Source of the DNA: an uncultured Solirubrobacteraceae bacterium | Lineage (GTDB): Bacteria > Actinomycetota > Thermoleophilia > Solirubrobacterales > Solirubrobacteraceae | Reading direction: 5' to 3' | DNA: 64,000 bases | NCBI GenBank assembly: GCA_963705235.1 | Contig: OY970059.1 | Coordinates: 1,589,209-1,653,208 of the forward strand | Part shown: positions 18,302 to 27,910 of the stretch, piece after piece | Layout: every line of letters starts with the position of its first letter | How positions within the stretch are numbered: the stretch's first letter is position 1 | The notes under the pieces: generated by a model | The model's database searches: none | Told to the model about the DNA's origin: nothing | What the model saw: only the letters and a program-made list of their open reading frames with translations | Translations under genes and position numbers: made by a program

Positions 18302-19226
18302 GGGCGATCGCCTCGCGCAGCCGCACGGCGGACTCCTCGGGGAGCGTGTCGGAGATGAACGTGCCGGCGCCCTGCTCGGATCCGGCCAGGTACTTGAGCT
18401 TGTCGGCCGTGCGCAGCGGCGGGTAGAACTCGATGTGCAGGTGCCCGCGCGCGGTGGCGGGTGCGCCGGCGGCGCCGGCACCCGGTGTGGGCGCCTGGTG
18501 CACGGCCATCACGTAGGGGAACGGTCGCTCGAACAGCGCGTCGTAGCCGCGCACGAGCGCCTGGAGCGCGCCGGCCAGCATGCGCAGCTCCTGAGGTTCG
18601 CACGCGAGCAGGCTGGGGCGGTGCTCGCGCATGACCACGTGCGCTTCGTAGGCCCAGCGCGCGGCATACGGGACGTAGACGACGACGCTGTCGTTCTCGT
18701 AGACGACCCGCTGCCCGTCCTCTAGCTCCCGTGAGAGCAGCGTGCACGGCGCGCAGCCGCCGAGGCGCTCGTCGGCGGCCAGCTCGAGCTCGGGGACGGG
18801 GGGCAGGAACGGGTAGGCATAGATCTGCCCGTGCGGGTGGTGCAGCGTGACACCGACCTCGACGCCGCGGTTCTCGAAAATGAACACGTACTGCACGTCC
18901 TCGCGTTCGCCCAGCTCCTGGTAGCGCTGGCGCCAGACCCACATCAGTGCGTCGGCGCGCTCGGGCGCGAGCGTGCCGAGCGAGGCGTCGTGGTCGTCGC
19001 TGTAAACGACCACCTCGGCTGTCCCGTCGGGCGCCTGGAAGGCCGGGAAGCGATTGTCGAACACCGCGATCTGGAAGGACGGGAACGGGATCTCGGTCGC
19101 GGGCTGCCCTGGTCGGGTGGGACACAGCGGACAGTGCTCGCGCGAGGGCAGGAACGTGCGCTGCTGACGGTGGATCGCATACACGACCTCCTCACCGCGT
19201 AGCTCCTCCAAGCGGCGCTCGCTCAC
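18291..19226 (-). CDS. galT: Galactose-1-phosphate uridylyltransferase
   Basis: [36 protein letters not shown] (HxHxQ), HLHIEFYP; overlaps galK start. Confidence 0.92.
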   Translation of the reverse strand: MSERRLEELRGEEVVYAIHRQQRTFLPSREHCPLCPTRPGQPATEIPFPSFQIAVFDNRFPAFQAPDGTAEVVVYSDDHDASLGTLAPERADALMWVWRQRYQELGEREDVQYVFIFENRGVEVGVTLHHPHGQIYAYPFLPPVPELELAADERLGGCAPCTLLSRELEDGQRVVYENDSVVVYVPYAARWAYEAHVVMREHRPSLLACEPQELRMLAGALQALVRGYDALFERPFPYVMAVHQAPTPGAGAAGAPATARGHLHIEFYPPLRTADKLKYLAGSEQGAGTFISDTLPEESAVRLREAIARGA

Positions 19227-19434
19227 CCGCCGCCTCCCTCGACGCGCTCGAACAGCGCCAGCGCGCGACCGTCGTCTTTGACGTGGCGGCTTAGCGCGAG
19301 CGGCCCGACGCGCTGCTCGCCGTCGTCCGCTGCGTCGTGCGCGGGACCCGACTCGCGCTGGGGCGTGCGGTCGGCTTGCGACTGGCGCGGCTGCGCGGGT
19401 TTCCCGGGCATCGACGGAGGGTATACCCAGCACA

Positions 19435-19450
19435 TGTGATTGCTGACACA
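19435..19450. promoter_or_regulatory. CRP/GlxR-like binding site in the galT / ABC divergent region
   Basis: TGTGA-TTGCTG-ACACA, one mismatch to TGTGA-N6-TCACA. Confidence 0.55.
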
Positions 19451-19603
19451 ACATTCTGATCGGTCGACGCAGTGCGTCACCCCGGATTGAAACGCCGCAG
19501 TTTGCGTGAAACACGGGCATTGACTACTGCGGCGGATCGAGCGAAGGTAGACAGGATGCTGCGCTGGTCTAACGCAGCACGGTCGAGCAAGAGGAGGCCA
19601 CTG

Positions 19604-20740
19604 ATGTCGGACACCGACCAGGCACACGAAGCCGTGGAGCGTCTCGATCATTCAGACAGGGGGCTGCTGGACACGCCGGGGTTCGACCGGCGCGCATTCC
19701 TGAGACGCACGGCGATGACCGGGGTCGCCGCCGGCTCGGTCAGCACGCTGCTGGCGGCATGCGGGTCGAGCGCGTCGAGCAACGGCGGCTCGGTGGCCGT
19801 GTTCGGCTCCGTGCCGAAACTCAAATTTGTGTTCGTCAACCACGTGACGACGAACCCGTTCTTCGTGCCCACGCAGTACGGGGCGGCGGACGCGTCGAAA
19901 CTGCTGGGCTGTAGCTACCAGTGGACGGGCTCAGAAAGCAGCAACGTCAACCAGATGGTCAACGCGATCAACAGCGCGATCACCGGCGGCGCGAACGGCA
20001 TCGCGGTGTCGCTGATCGATCTGCACGCGTTCAACGGGCCGGTCGAACAGGCGTTGAAAGCGGGGATCCCGGTGGTCGCCTACAACGCCGACGCGCCGGG
20101 CAACAAGCGCCTGTCATACATCGGCCAGGACCTCAAACTGGCGGGCGAAAAGATGGGTGAACGGATCGTCGCGGCGGTCCCCTCGGGTGACGTGGCGCTG
20201 TTCATCGCGACGCCCGGCTCGGCCAACCTGCAGCCCCGCATCGAAGGCGCGGAAAAGGCGATCAAAGACTCGGGCAAGCCGATCAACGTGCACACGGTCG
20301 CCACCGGCGCGGCGGTGCCGGCGGAGCTGTCGGCGATCGAAGCGTATTGGCAGGGCCACCAGAGCACGAAGGGCATGTACGCGGTCGATGGCGGCAGCAC
20401 GGAAAGCCTCGCGAAAGTCATGCAGAAGTTCGGGCTGGCCGGCAAAGGTGTGAAGGCCGGTGGCTTTGACCTGACCGAACAGACGCAGAAGCTGCTGCTG
20501 GAAGGCAACATCGAATTCACGATCGACCAGCAGCCCTACCTGCAGGGCTTCCTGCCGGTCCTGCAGTTGTACATGTGGCACGCCTCGGGCTCGCTCACCG
20601 GGCCCGCGGAAACGGACACCGGACTGAAGTTCCTGAACAAAGAAACCGTCGTCCCGTACGTCGAATCGAAGACGCGCTACGAGGGTACGTCCTCGGCGGT
20701 GACGGTCGTCGCGATCAAGGCGGGCACTCCCGCCCAGTAG
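19604..20740 (+). CDS. Sugar ABC transporter substrate-binding lipoprotein with Tat-type signal
   Basis: RRAFLRR twin-Arg, LLAAC lipobox, NPFFVP, GIPVVAYN, YIGQD, IDQQPYLQG. Confidence 0.92.
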   Translation: MSDTDQAHEAVERLDHSDRGLLDTPGFDRRAFLRRTAMTGVAAGSVSTLLAACGSSASSNGGSVAVFGSVPKLKFVFVNHVTTNPFFVPTQYGAADASKLLGCSYQWTGSESSNVNQMVNAINSAITGGANGIAVSLIDLHAFNGPVEQALKAGIPVVAYNADAPGNKRLSYIGQDLKLAGEKMGERIVAAVPSGDVALFIATPGSANLQPRIEGAEKAIKDSGKPINVHTVATGAAVPAELSAIEAYWQGHQSTKGMYAVDGGSTESLAKVMQKFGLAGKGVKAGGFDLTEQTQKLLLEGNIEFTIDQQPYLQGFLPVLQLYMWHASGSLTGPAETDTGLKFLNKETVVPYVESKTRYEGTSSAVTVVAIKAGTPAQ

Positions 20741-20742
20741 CG

Positions 20743-21876
20743 ATGGCGAGCGTCGAAGGGGGATCGGCCCCTCCCCGGCAAGCGACCCCGGCGGGAGGCC
20801 CGGCGCAGGCGCGCCCGGCCTCCCCGCCGGAACGCAGCAGCGCGCTGGAACGTGTCCTTGCGCTGCGCGAGGGCAGCATCATCGTCGTCACGCTGATCGT
20901 GGCGATCTACTTCTCGATCAACACGAGCACGTTCTTCACGGGCGCGAACTTCAAGACGCTGCTGCCGTACGTGGCGCCGTTCGCGATCCTCGGCGCGGGC
21001 GAGGTGTTCGTGATGATCCTCGGCGAGATCGACCTGTCGATCGGGGCCACGTACCTGCTGGCGCCGTACCTGTTCTACAAGGTCGCCAGCGGCGGCTTTC
21101 CGCTCGTGCCGAGCGTGATCGTGGCGCTGCTGGCATGTGTGGCGGTGGGCCTGGTCAACGGCTTCTTCGTGGCGGTCGTGGGGATCAGCTCGTTCGTGAC
21201 GACGCTGGGCATGCTGTTCACGCTGGAGGGGCTGACGTTGGTGATCTCCCACGGCGCGCCCAAGGAAACACCGGGCGCGCAGGCGCACTCGACCACGCAC
21301 GCGGTCACGCGCGTGGTCAACGGCGTGCACGTCAAACTGAGCGAGACGGTCAACCACATCAGCACGTTTGCGAAAGTGTTCGGCGGCGGCGTGTACTCGG
21401 AGATCATCTGGGCGGTGGTGATCGTGGCCGTGCTGCAGGTCGTGCTGACGTTCACGCGCTGGGGGATATACACGGTCGCGGTCGGCTCGAACAAGCTCGG
21501 CGCGGCCGAGGCGGGCGTGCGCGTCAAGCTCGTGATGGTCCGCAACTTCGTGATCTGCGCGATGGCCGGCGGCCTGGTCGGCATCCTCGAGGCGGTGCGC
21601 TCGGCGACCGTGCAGCCGGACACCGCGGGCGCCAACGAAATCCTGTTCCTGGGCATCGCCGCGGCGGTGATCGGCGGCACGCTGCTGGCGGGAGGCTCGG
21701 GCACGGTCGTGGGCGCGCTGATCGGCGCGCTGTTCCTTGGGATCCTCAGGGACGGTCTGATCCTGCAGGGCGTCAACGCCAACTACCTGCTGCTGTACAC
21801 CGGCCTGGCGATCCTGGTGGCGATGACGATCAACGTGTACGTGCAGCGTCTTCGCAGGGGGACCCACCGTGGCTGA
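20743..21876 (+). CDS. Sugar ABC transporter permease (RbsC-like)
   Basis: GEIDLSIG, FVTTLGM, YTVAVGSN..AAEAGV, IAAAVIGGTLLAGGSG. Confidence 0.92.
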   Translation: MASVEGGSAPPRQATPAGGPAQARPASPPERSSALERVLALREGSIIVVTLIVAIYFSINTSTFFTGANFKTLLPYVAPFAILGAGEVFVMILGEIDLSIGATYLLAPYLFYKVASGGFPLVPSVIVALLACVAVGLVNGFFVAVVGISSFVTTLGMLFTLEGLTLVISHGAPKETPGAQAHSTTHAVTRVVNGVHVKLSETVNHISTFAKVFGGGVYSEIIWAVVIVAVLQVVLTFTRWGIYTVAVGSNKLGAAEAGVRVKLVMVRNFVICAMAGGLVGILEAVRSATVQPDTAGANEILFLGIAAAVIGGTLLAGGSGTVVGALIGALFLGILRDGLILQGVNANYLLLYTGLAILVAMTINVYVQRLRRGTHRG

Positions 21877-22687
21877 TCAGGTATCCGCGCAGACGATCGT
21901 CGGGCCGACGTCTGCGCCCGACGACGTGCTGCGCGTCGAACACATCTCCAAGCGCTTCGGCCCGGTGACGGCGCTGCGCGATGTCAACCTGCACCTCAAA
22001 AAGGGCGAGGTGCTGGGGCTGCTGGGCGACAATGGCGCGGGCAAGTCGACGCTGATCAAGATCATCAGCGGCTTCCAGAAGCAGGACGGCGGCGAGATCT
22101 TCCTGCACGGGCAACCGTACGAGCCCAAGGGCGTCGACGACGCACGCGCGAAAGGGATCGACACCGTCTACCAAGACCTGGCACTGATCGACGAACTGTC
22201 GGTCTACCACAACCTGTTTTTGCGTCGCGAGAAAGTGCACCGGCCGCTGCCGTTCCTGGCCAACCGCGAGATGAAGCTGCAGGCGCGCAGGGCACTGGAT
22301 GAGATCGGCATCAACATCCCGCGGATCGACGTGGCGGTGGCGCGGCTGTCGGGCGGCCAGCGTCAGGCGATCGCGGTCGCGCGCACGGTCAACTCGGACG
22401 CGGACATCATCCTGCTGGACGAGCCGCTGGCGGCGATGGGCGCGAAGGAGGGCTCGATGATCCTCGACCTGGTCGCCCGTTTGAAGGCCGAGGGGAGCGT
22501 GTCGATCATCATGATCCTGCACAACTACGTGCACGTGCTGGAGGCGTGCGACCGCGTGAGCATGATCCAGGACGGTGTGATCGCGCTGGACAAGCCGACG
22601 GCGGAGACGTCAGTCGAGGAGCTGACGGAGATCGTGGTCAACGAATATCGCCGTGCGCGGCTGGAAGGCGACCACGGGTCGAGCTAA
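21869..22687 (+). CDS. Sugar ABC transporter ATP-binding protein (single NBD)
   Basis: Walker A GDNGAGKST, LSGGQRQ signature, ILLDEP Walker B. Confidence 0.93.
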   Translation: MADQVSAQTIVGPTSAPDDVLRVEHISKRFGPVTALRDVNLHLKKGEVLGLLGDNGAGKSTLIKIISGFQKQDGGEIFLHGQPYEPKGVDDARAKGIDTVYQDLALIDELSVYHNLFLRREKVHRPLPFLANREMKLQARRALDEIGINIPRIDVAVARLSGGQRQAIAVARTVNSDADIILLDEPLAAMGAKEGSMILDLVARLKAEGSVSIIMILHNYVHVLEACDRVSMIQDGVIALDKPTAETSVEELTEIVVNEYRRARLEGDHGSS

Positions 22688-22700
22688 GTTGTAGTTCTGG

Positions 22701-23783
22701 ATGGTGGCGTCTTCGCTAGACCGACCGGATGCGCGTCCGCGTCGCCGTGTGCTGCCGATCGTGGCGATCGTCTTGGTGGCGGTGCTGGCGATCGTGGCTT
22801 TGGGCGCGTATCTGTACGACCACTCTCGGCGTGAGGTGATCGCCAAGGGCGTGACGGTCGACGGGGTGGCGGTGGGCGGGCTGCATTCGGCCGCCGCGCG
22901 CAGCAAGCTCGAACACGATCTCGTGACCTCGCTGCAAAAGCCGGTGGTGGTGCGCTCGGGCGGGCACGCGTGGGTCCTGCACACGCACGAAGCGGACGTG
23001 AACGTGGACGTGGCGAACATGGTCGATGAGGCCGTCAGCGTGAGCCGAGAGGGCTCGATCGTGACGCGTACGACACGTGGGCTGTTCGGCGGCAGAGTGC
23101 ACCACAACGTCCCGCTGGTGGTGACCTACTCCCACCAGGCGGTGCGCAACCTGACCGCGCACGTGCGCGCGGCGGTCAACAGCGCACCGCGCGACGCGAC
23201 CGTGCAGCCGAACTCGAGCGGTCTTGCCGCGGTGCCCGGCCGCGATGGGCTGACGGTCGACAACGACAAGCTGGGCGGGCGTGTGGAGGGGGCGCTGGTG
23301 GCGGCGGGGGCGGCGCGTACGGTGACGGTGCCCACGCACAAGCTGGCGCCGAAGGTCACGACGGCCGAGCTGGCGGCGCAGTATCCGGCGTACATCGTGG
23401 TCGACCGCGACGCGTTCAGGCTGCGCTTCTACGAACACCTGAAACTGGCGAAAACGTATGAAATCGCGGTCGGCATGGAAGGCCTGGAAACGCCTCCGGG
23501 TCTGCACCACATCGAATGGAAGCAGGTCGATCCGCCGTGGTACGTGCCCAAGAAAGCGTGGGCGGGATCGCTCGCGGGCACGGTCGTGCCGCCGGGCCCG
23601 GGGGACCCGCTGAAGGCGCGCTTCATGTCCTTCGAAGGCGGCGCGGGCATCCACGGCATCGACCCCAGCGAGTACTCGTCGATCGGCCATGACGCTTCGC
23701 ACGGCTGCGTGCGCATGCGCATCCCGGACGTGATCGCGCTGTACAGCAAGACGCCCGTGGGCACCCCCGTCTACATCATGTAA
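22701..23783 (+). CDS. L,D-transpeptidase (YkuD) with N-terminal TM and PG-binding-4-like domain
   Basis: IAVGM..LETPPG, GIHG..SHGCVRM catalytic His/Cys. Confidence 0.9.
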   Translation: MVASSLDRPDARPRRRVLPIVAIVLVAVLAIVALGAYLYDHSRREVIAKGVTVDGVAVGGLHSAAARSKLEHDLVTSLQKPVVVRSGGHAWVLHTHEADVNVDVANMVDEAVSVSREGSIVTRTTRGLFGGRVHHNVPLVVTYSHQAVRNLTAHVRAAVNSAPRDATVQPNSSGLAAVPGRDGLTVDNDKLGGRVEGALVAAGAARTVTVPTHKLAPKVTTAELAAQYPAYIVVDRDAFRLRFYEHLKLAKTYEIAVGMEGLETPPGLHHIEWKQVDPPWYVPKKAWAGSLAGTVVPPGPGDPLKARFMSFEGGAGIHGIDPSEYSSIGHDASHGCVRMRIPDVIALYSKTPVGTPVYIM

Positions 23784-23810
23784 GGGCCGTTCGGCCCGGG
23801 GTCGCGCCGC

Positions 23811-23981
23811 TCAGACCCTGGGCGGCTGGCGAGATTCGCGGTATTCCTTGTTCTGGCGGCGCTCGCCGTGGATCTGCACGGCGATGTAGATCAGGATGAT
23901 GTTGACGACGATCCCGATCCCGCCGAACGTGAGCAGCAGGCCGAAGGACTTGACGAACGCTTCGCTGGTGGCGAGGAGCAC
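23811..23981 (-). CDS. 56-aa single-TM small protein (not in the ORF track)
   Basis: GTG start, VLLATSEAFVKSFGLLLTFGGIGIVVNIILIYIAVQIHGERRQNKEYRESRQPPRV, strong G/C third-position bias. Confidence 0.7.
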   Translation of the reverse strand: MLLATSEAFVKSFGLLLTFGGIGIVVNIILIYIAVQIHGERRQNKEYRESRQPPRV

Positions 23982-24068
23982 GGCGTGAGCCTACCAAGCC
24001 GTGCGAGCGCCCGGTGTCGTACGCTGGAGCGCACCGCCACCGACCGTCCGGCCGGTGGACGAGCACCC

Positions 24069-24157
24069 GGAGAGGTGCCGGAGCGGTTGAACGGGCGCGA
24101 CTGGAAATCGCGTAACGGGGGAAACCTCGTTCGAGGGTTCGAATCCCTCCCTCTCCG
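24069..24157 (+). tRNA. tRNA-Ser (GGA)
   Basis: GGAGAGG/CCTCTCC acceptor, CGCGA-CTGGAAA-TCGCG anticodon arm, long variable arm, GGTTCGAATCC T-arm; CCA not encoded. Confidence 0.97.
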
Positions 24158-24320
24158 TTTTTGCTTTCCGCCGAGCGTGCCACTGCGGGACAGCACGTTT
24201 GGGTGCCCAAGGACATCGGCGGAGGTCGTTGCCCTTGGGCGAGACCGACCTTAGCAAGGCTTAGAGTCCTAGTACTGGACACCCTGGACTTTGACCCTAG
24301 CACTCCGACATGTTTCTCGT

Positions 24321-24548
24321 GTGAGCGAGCAACCGGATCCAGTCCTGGCAGCACTACTGAAACGCATGCGCGAGAACCGGGAGATCACTCAGGAACAGCT
24401 GGCGTTCGACGCCGGCATCACAGTCTCCGCGCTATCGCGAATCGAACGTGGACTGACCAGCCCTGGCTGGCTGACCGTCAGAAGGCTCATCAACGCTCTG
24501 GGCGTTAGCCTCGCGGAGCTCGTCGCGGGCATCGAAAAGCCCGCTTAG
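24321..24548 (+). CDS. XRE/Cro-C1-type HTH regulator
   Basis: LKRMRENREITQEQLAFDAGITVSALSRIERG. Confidence 0.88.
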   Translation: MSEQPDPVLAALLKRMRENREITQEQLAFDAGITVSALSRIERGLTSPGWLTVRRLINALGVSLAELVAGIEKPA

Positions 24549-24795
24549 GCGACTCGCTGGCACTGTCTGTCCGAGCAGGGGCCTGGTGCCGGGCGGCGCC
24601 TCGTCAGCCCATATCGAACGCTGAGCGTGCAGCTCCCTAACACGCTTCCACGCTAGGCATGTGTTCGAGCTTCGTCCCTCGATCCCCGTAGACCCCCATA
24701 ACGCCGGGGTTTTCGAGAAGTGCGGGGGAACGAATGCGCTCAGGCCTCGTCTCCGTGCGCCATCGCGAGCGTCTAAGCGAGCTGGTCGATCGATC

Positions 24796-25113
24796 CTAAG
24801 CGAGGTCGAGCACCAACAGCAGCGCGTCCTCTACGGCGCGCATTTCATCGTGCGTGAGGTGTCCGACGTGTCGGCCGAGTGCCCGAGCGTCAACTGCGCC
24901 GACCATCTCGCAGAGCACCTGCGTTGGCTGGTCGACGACTGTTATCTCTGGGTGGAAGCTCGCTTCGAATGCCGAGCATGATGTGGGGCAGACGACGACG
25001 GTGGAGAGAGCGAGTAGATCGTCGGCTTGGATGACCACCGCGTAGCGGCGCCCCATCTGAACGTGGCCGCGTTTGCCGGGCAACTTGATCTCGTGTACAT
25101 CACCACGGACCAC
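24796..25113 (-). CDS. mazF: PemK/MazF-family toxin
   Basis: RGDVHEI, GRRYAVVIQAD, VVVCPTS, LCEMVGAVD, GHL...MRAVEDALLLVLDL. Confidence 0.88.
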   Translation of the reverse strand: MVRGDVHEIKLPGKRGHVQMGRRYAVVIQADDLLALSTVVVCPTSCSAFEASFHPEITVVDQPTQVLCEMVGAVDARALGRHVGHLTHDEMRAVEDALLLVLDLA

Positions 25114-25351
25114 GCAGTTGCTCCATCAGGTCGGCGACCTCGTGGGCTTCTCGCACGTAGCCGTCGTTCTGCATGAGGCGTCTTGCCTCGTCTGCCAGTC
25201 CGCCGCGGTGGCGCTCACGCTCCGCCGTCTCGGTGATCGCCTGCCGCGCTGCCTCGGCGCGGCTCAGTCCACGTCGCCTTGCGATCTCGTCCAGAGCGGT
25301 CAGCCCGTCGCGGCCTAGTCGCAAGGAAAGCGGATGGGGAGCCGACGCCAT
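25100..25351 (-). CDS. Ribbon-helix-helix (CopG-like) antitoxin
   Basis: LSLRL..LDEIARRRGLSRAEAARQAI; directly upstream of and overlapping the toxin. Confidence 0.82.
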   Translation of the reverse strand: MASAPHPLSLRLGRDGLTALDEIARRRGLSRAEAARQAITETAERERHRGGLADEARRLMQNDGYVREAHEVADLMEQLRGPW

Positions 25352-25360
25352 GAAAGCAGC

Positions 25361-25379
25361 GTAGCGCAAAATGCACTAC
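25361..25379. promoter_or_regulatory. Inverted repeat upstream of the antitoxin (probable TA operator)
   Basis: GTAGCGCA-AAA-TGCACTAC, one mismatch. Confidence 0.55.
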
Positions 25380-25497
25380 TCATCTGCAGGAGTGTTTGAT
25401 CTGTACGCATCGCGTGCAGCTCCCGGATGCGCCGCCACGTCGGGCTTCTGGTCTGCTCGAGGAGCACCGCGATCGTCGTCTCATCGGCTGGGCCGCA

Positions 25498-25521
25498 ATA
25501 CTTAAGTGGATGCTTCAGTAT
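25498..25521. promoter_or_regulatory. Inverted repeat over second ArsR start codon (probable operator)
   Basis: ATACTTAAG-TGGATG-CTTCAGTAT, one mismatch. Confidence 0.65.
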
Positions 25522-25917
25522 GCGCCCACCCGGCTGACGCCCCCCGAGCCTCCGATCGACGTGGTCTTCCATGCGCTCTCAGATACGAACCGACGCGCGA
25601 TGATCGACCTCCTGATCGACGGGCCCGCATCGGTGAGCGAACTCGCACGGCCGCTCGCCATATCGCTATCGGCGGTCGTCCAGCACCTGCACGTGCTCGA
25701 GTCGAGCGGTCTGGTGCGCTCACACAAGGCAGGGCGCGTGCGCACGTGCGAGATCGAGCCGATCGCGCTGAGCACGGCCGAGCGCTGGATCAGCGAGCGG
25801 CGCGCGACGTGGGAGTCCCGGCTGGACCGGCTCGGCGCTTTTCTCGCCAAGGAGACCGATGAGCCGGAGTCCTCCACGCAGTCCAAGAAGACAAGACCGA
25901 AAAGGAGATCGAAATGA
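25510..25917 (+). CDS. ArsR/SmtB family transcriptional regulator
   Basis: VFHALSDTNRRAMI, ISLSAVVQHLHVLESSGLV, GRVRTC. Confidence 0.9.
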   Translation: MLQYAPTRLTPPEPPIDVVFHALSDTNRRAMIDLLIDGPASVSELARPLAISLSAVVQHLHVLESSGLVRSHKAGRVRTCEIEPIALSTAERWISERRATWESRLDRLGAFLAKETDEPESSTQSKKTRPKRRSK

Positions 25918-26375
25918 GCGACAGGTCAGCGACACACGCGACGTTCGTGATCGAGCGCGACTACGACGCATCCCCCGCACGCGTGTTCGCGGCATGGGCC
26001 GACGTGAATGCCAAGGGCCAGTGGTTCGGGCCGGGCGGTGACCAGGGGCACGACCTCGACTTCCGCGAGGGTGGCCGCGAGCGTTTCGAGGCGGCAGTTG
26101 CGGGCGCGGTCTACTCCTACGATGCGCTCTACGAAGACATCGTCCCCGACGAGCGGATCGTCTACACCTACAACATGCACCGCAACGGCGTACGGATGTC
26201 CGTTTCCGTGACAACAGTGGAGCTGCTCGCCGACGGCGGTAAAACGCACATGCGCTACACCGAGCAGGGCGTGTTCCTCGACGGCGAGGACACGCCGCAG
26301 CTGCGCGAGCACGGCACGGGGGAGATGCTCGACAAGCTCGGCGCAACGCTCGCACAAGGGGCTGCGACGGTATGA
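25914..26375 (+). CDS. SRPBCC / AHSA1 domain protein
   Basis: FVIERDYDASPARVFAAWAD, DFREGGRE, DIVPDERIVYTY, EQGVFLDG, REHGT. Confidence 0.9.
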   Translation: MSDRSATHATFVIERDYDASPARVFAAWADVNAKGQWFGPGGDQGHDLDFREGGRERFEAAVAGAVYSYDALYEDIVPDERIVYTYNMHRNGVRMSVSVTTVELLADGGKTHMRYTEQGVFLDGEDTPQLREHGTGEMLDKLGATLAQGAATV

Positions 26376-27910
26376 GCGCGGAGGCCGGCACAATCGGTGG
26401 CGCGCGCACGACCTCGCGCCCGATCGAGCACAGCGCCACCGAGGGCGGGAGCGATCGCTCGCGCTGGCTCGCGCTCTACGTGCTGTGCACGGGGATGCTC
26501 ATGATCGTGCTCGACGTGACGATCGTGAACGTCGCGCTGCCGTCGATCCAGGAAGATCTGCACTTCTCGACGTCGAGCCTCGCGTGGGTCGTCAACGCGT
26601 ACCTGATCGCGTTCGGAGGGCTGCTGCTGCTGGCCGGACGCCTGGGCGACCTGGTCGGCCGCCGACGCATCTTCCTCGCGGGCGTCGTGCTGTTCACGAG
26701 CGCTTCGCTCCTGTGCGGCGCCGCTCAGGCGGCATGGTGGCTCGTGGCCGCGCGCTTCGTCCAGGGCGTCGGCGGCGCGATGACCTCGGCGGTGATCCTC
26801 GGGATGATCGTGACGATGTTTCACGACGCTCGCGAGCAGGCGAAGGCGATCGGCGTGTTCGCCTTCGTCGCCTCGGCGGGCGGCTCCGTCGGCCTGATCG
26901 CGGGCGGCATCCTGACGCAGTCGCTCGACTGGCACTGGATCTTCTTCGTGAACCTTCCGATCGGCATCGCCACGGTGCTCGCGGCGCGGCGGCTGGTCCC
27001 CGACGAGCCGGGCATGGGCCTGCGCGAGGGCGCGGACGTCCCGGGCGCGGTGCTGATCACGAGCGCGCTGATGCTCGGCGTCTACACGATCGTTGGCCCG
27101 GCGGCGAAACACGGCTGGGGCTCAGGGGAAACACTGCTGCTCGGCGCCGGCTCGATCGCGCTGCTCGTCGGGTTCCTGCTGCGTGAGACGCGTGCCGCGA
27201 GCCCGCTGATGCCGCTTCGGATCTTCCGCTCGCGTCCTGTCGCGGCGGCGAACGGGATCCAGATCCTGTCGGTCGCCGGGATGTTCGGGATGTTCTTCCT
27301 CGGCGCGTTGTACCTGCGTCGCGTGCTCGGCTACGACGCGCTAGAAATCGGCCTCGCGTTTCTCCCAGTGACGATCGCCATGGGGACGCTTTCAATTCGC
27401 TACTCAGAGCGCATCCTGATGGCGCTGGGAGCGCGGCGTGCGCTGCTGTTGGGCCTCACGCTTGTGCTCGCCGGCCTCGTCCTGTTCGCGCTCACGCCGG
27501 TGCACGCGAATTACGTGATGCAGGTCGCGCCGTCGATGCTGCTGCTCGGTCTCGGTGCCGGTATCGCGTTCCCGACCCTGATGAACCTCGCGATGTCGGG
27601 CGCGACGCCGCAGGATGCGGGTCTCGCCTCGGGGCTCGTCAACACCACCGCGCAGATCGGCGGGGCGCTCGGGCTGGCGGTGCTCGCGACGCTCTCGACC
27701 TCGCGCAGCAACGCGCTGATCGCGGCCGGACATCCGCTCGCCTCAGCACTGACCACCGGCTACCACCTCGCGTTCTGGGTCGCCGCAGCGCTCGTCGGCT
27801 GTGCGCTCGTCGTCGTGCTCGTCGCGGTCGAGCCCGGTCGGGCGTCTGCGGGAGCGCACGACGATCATGCTGCCCGAGGAGGTCCTGTAGTCGATGTGGC
27901 CGAGGTCTGA
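26372..27910 (+). CDS. MFS transporter, DHA2 (14-TM) family
   Basis: MIVLDVTIVNVALPSI, WVVNAYL, GRLGDLVGRRR, WHWIFFVNLPIG. Confidence 0.93.
   Translation: MSAEAGTIGGARTTSRPIEHSATEGGSDRSRWLALYVLCTGMLMIVLDVTIVNVALPSIQEDLHFSTSSLAWVVNAYLIAFGGLLLLAGRLGDLVGRRRIFLAGVVLFTSASLLCGAAQAAWWLVAARFVQGVGGAMTSAVILGMIVTMFHDAREQAKAIGVFAFVASAGGSVGLIAGGILTQSLDWHWIFFVNLPIGIATVLAARRLVPDEPGMGLREGADVPGAVLITSALMLGVYTIVGPAAKHGWGSGETLLLGAGSIALLVGFLLRETRAASPLMPLRIFRSRPVAAANGIQILSVAGMFGMFFLGALYLRRVLGYDALEIGLAFLPVTIAMGTLSIRYSERILMALGARRALLLGLTLVLAGLVLFALTPVHANYVMQVAPSMLLLGLGAGIAFPTLMNLAMSGATPQDAGLASGLVNTTAQIGGALGLAVLATLSTSRSNALIAAGHPLASALTTGYHLAFWVAAALVGCALVVVLVAVEPGRASAGAHDDHAARGGPVVDVAEV

Noticed and set aside
16880-18481. 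533-aa ORF as one real protein
   Set aside because: Artefact of the galK frameshift; only its middle part is galactokinase
24140-24157. attR copy of the tRNA-Ser 3' end (and likewise of tRNA-Arg, 43415-43432)
   Set aside because: No duplicate noticed by eye; an exact string search would be needed to exclude it
24661-24981. Plus-strand ORF overlapping the toxin gene
   Set aside because: Antisense to the clear MazF-like CDS and has no recognisable features
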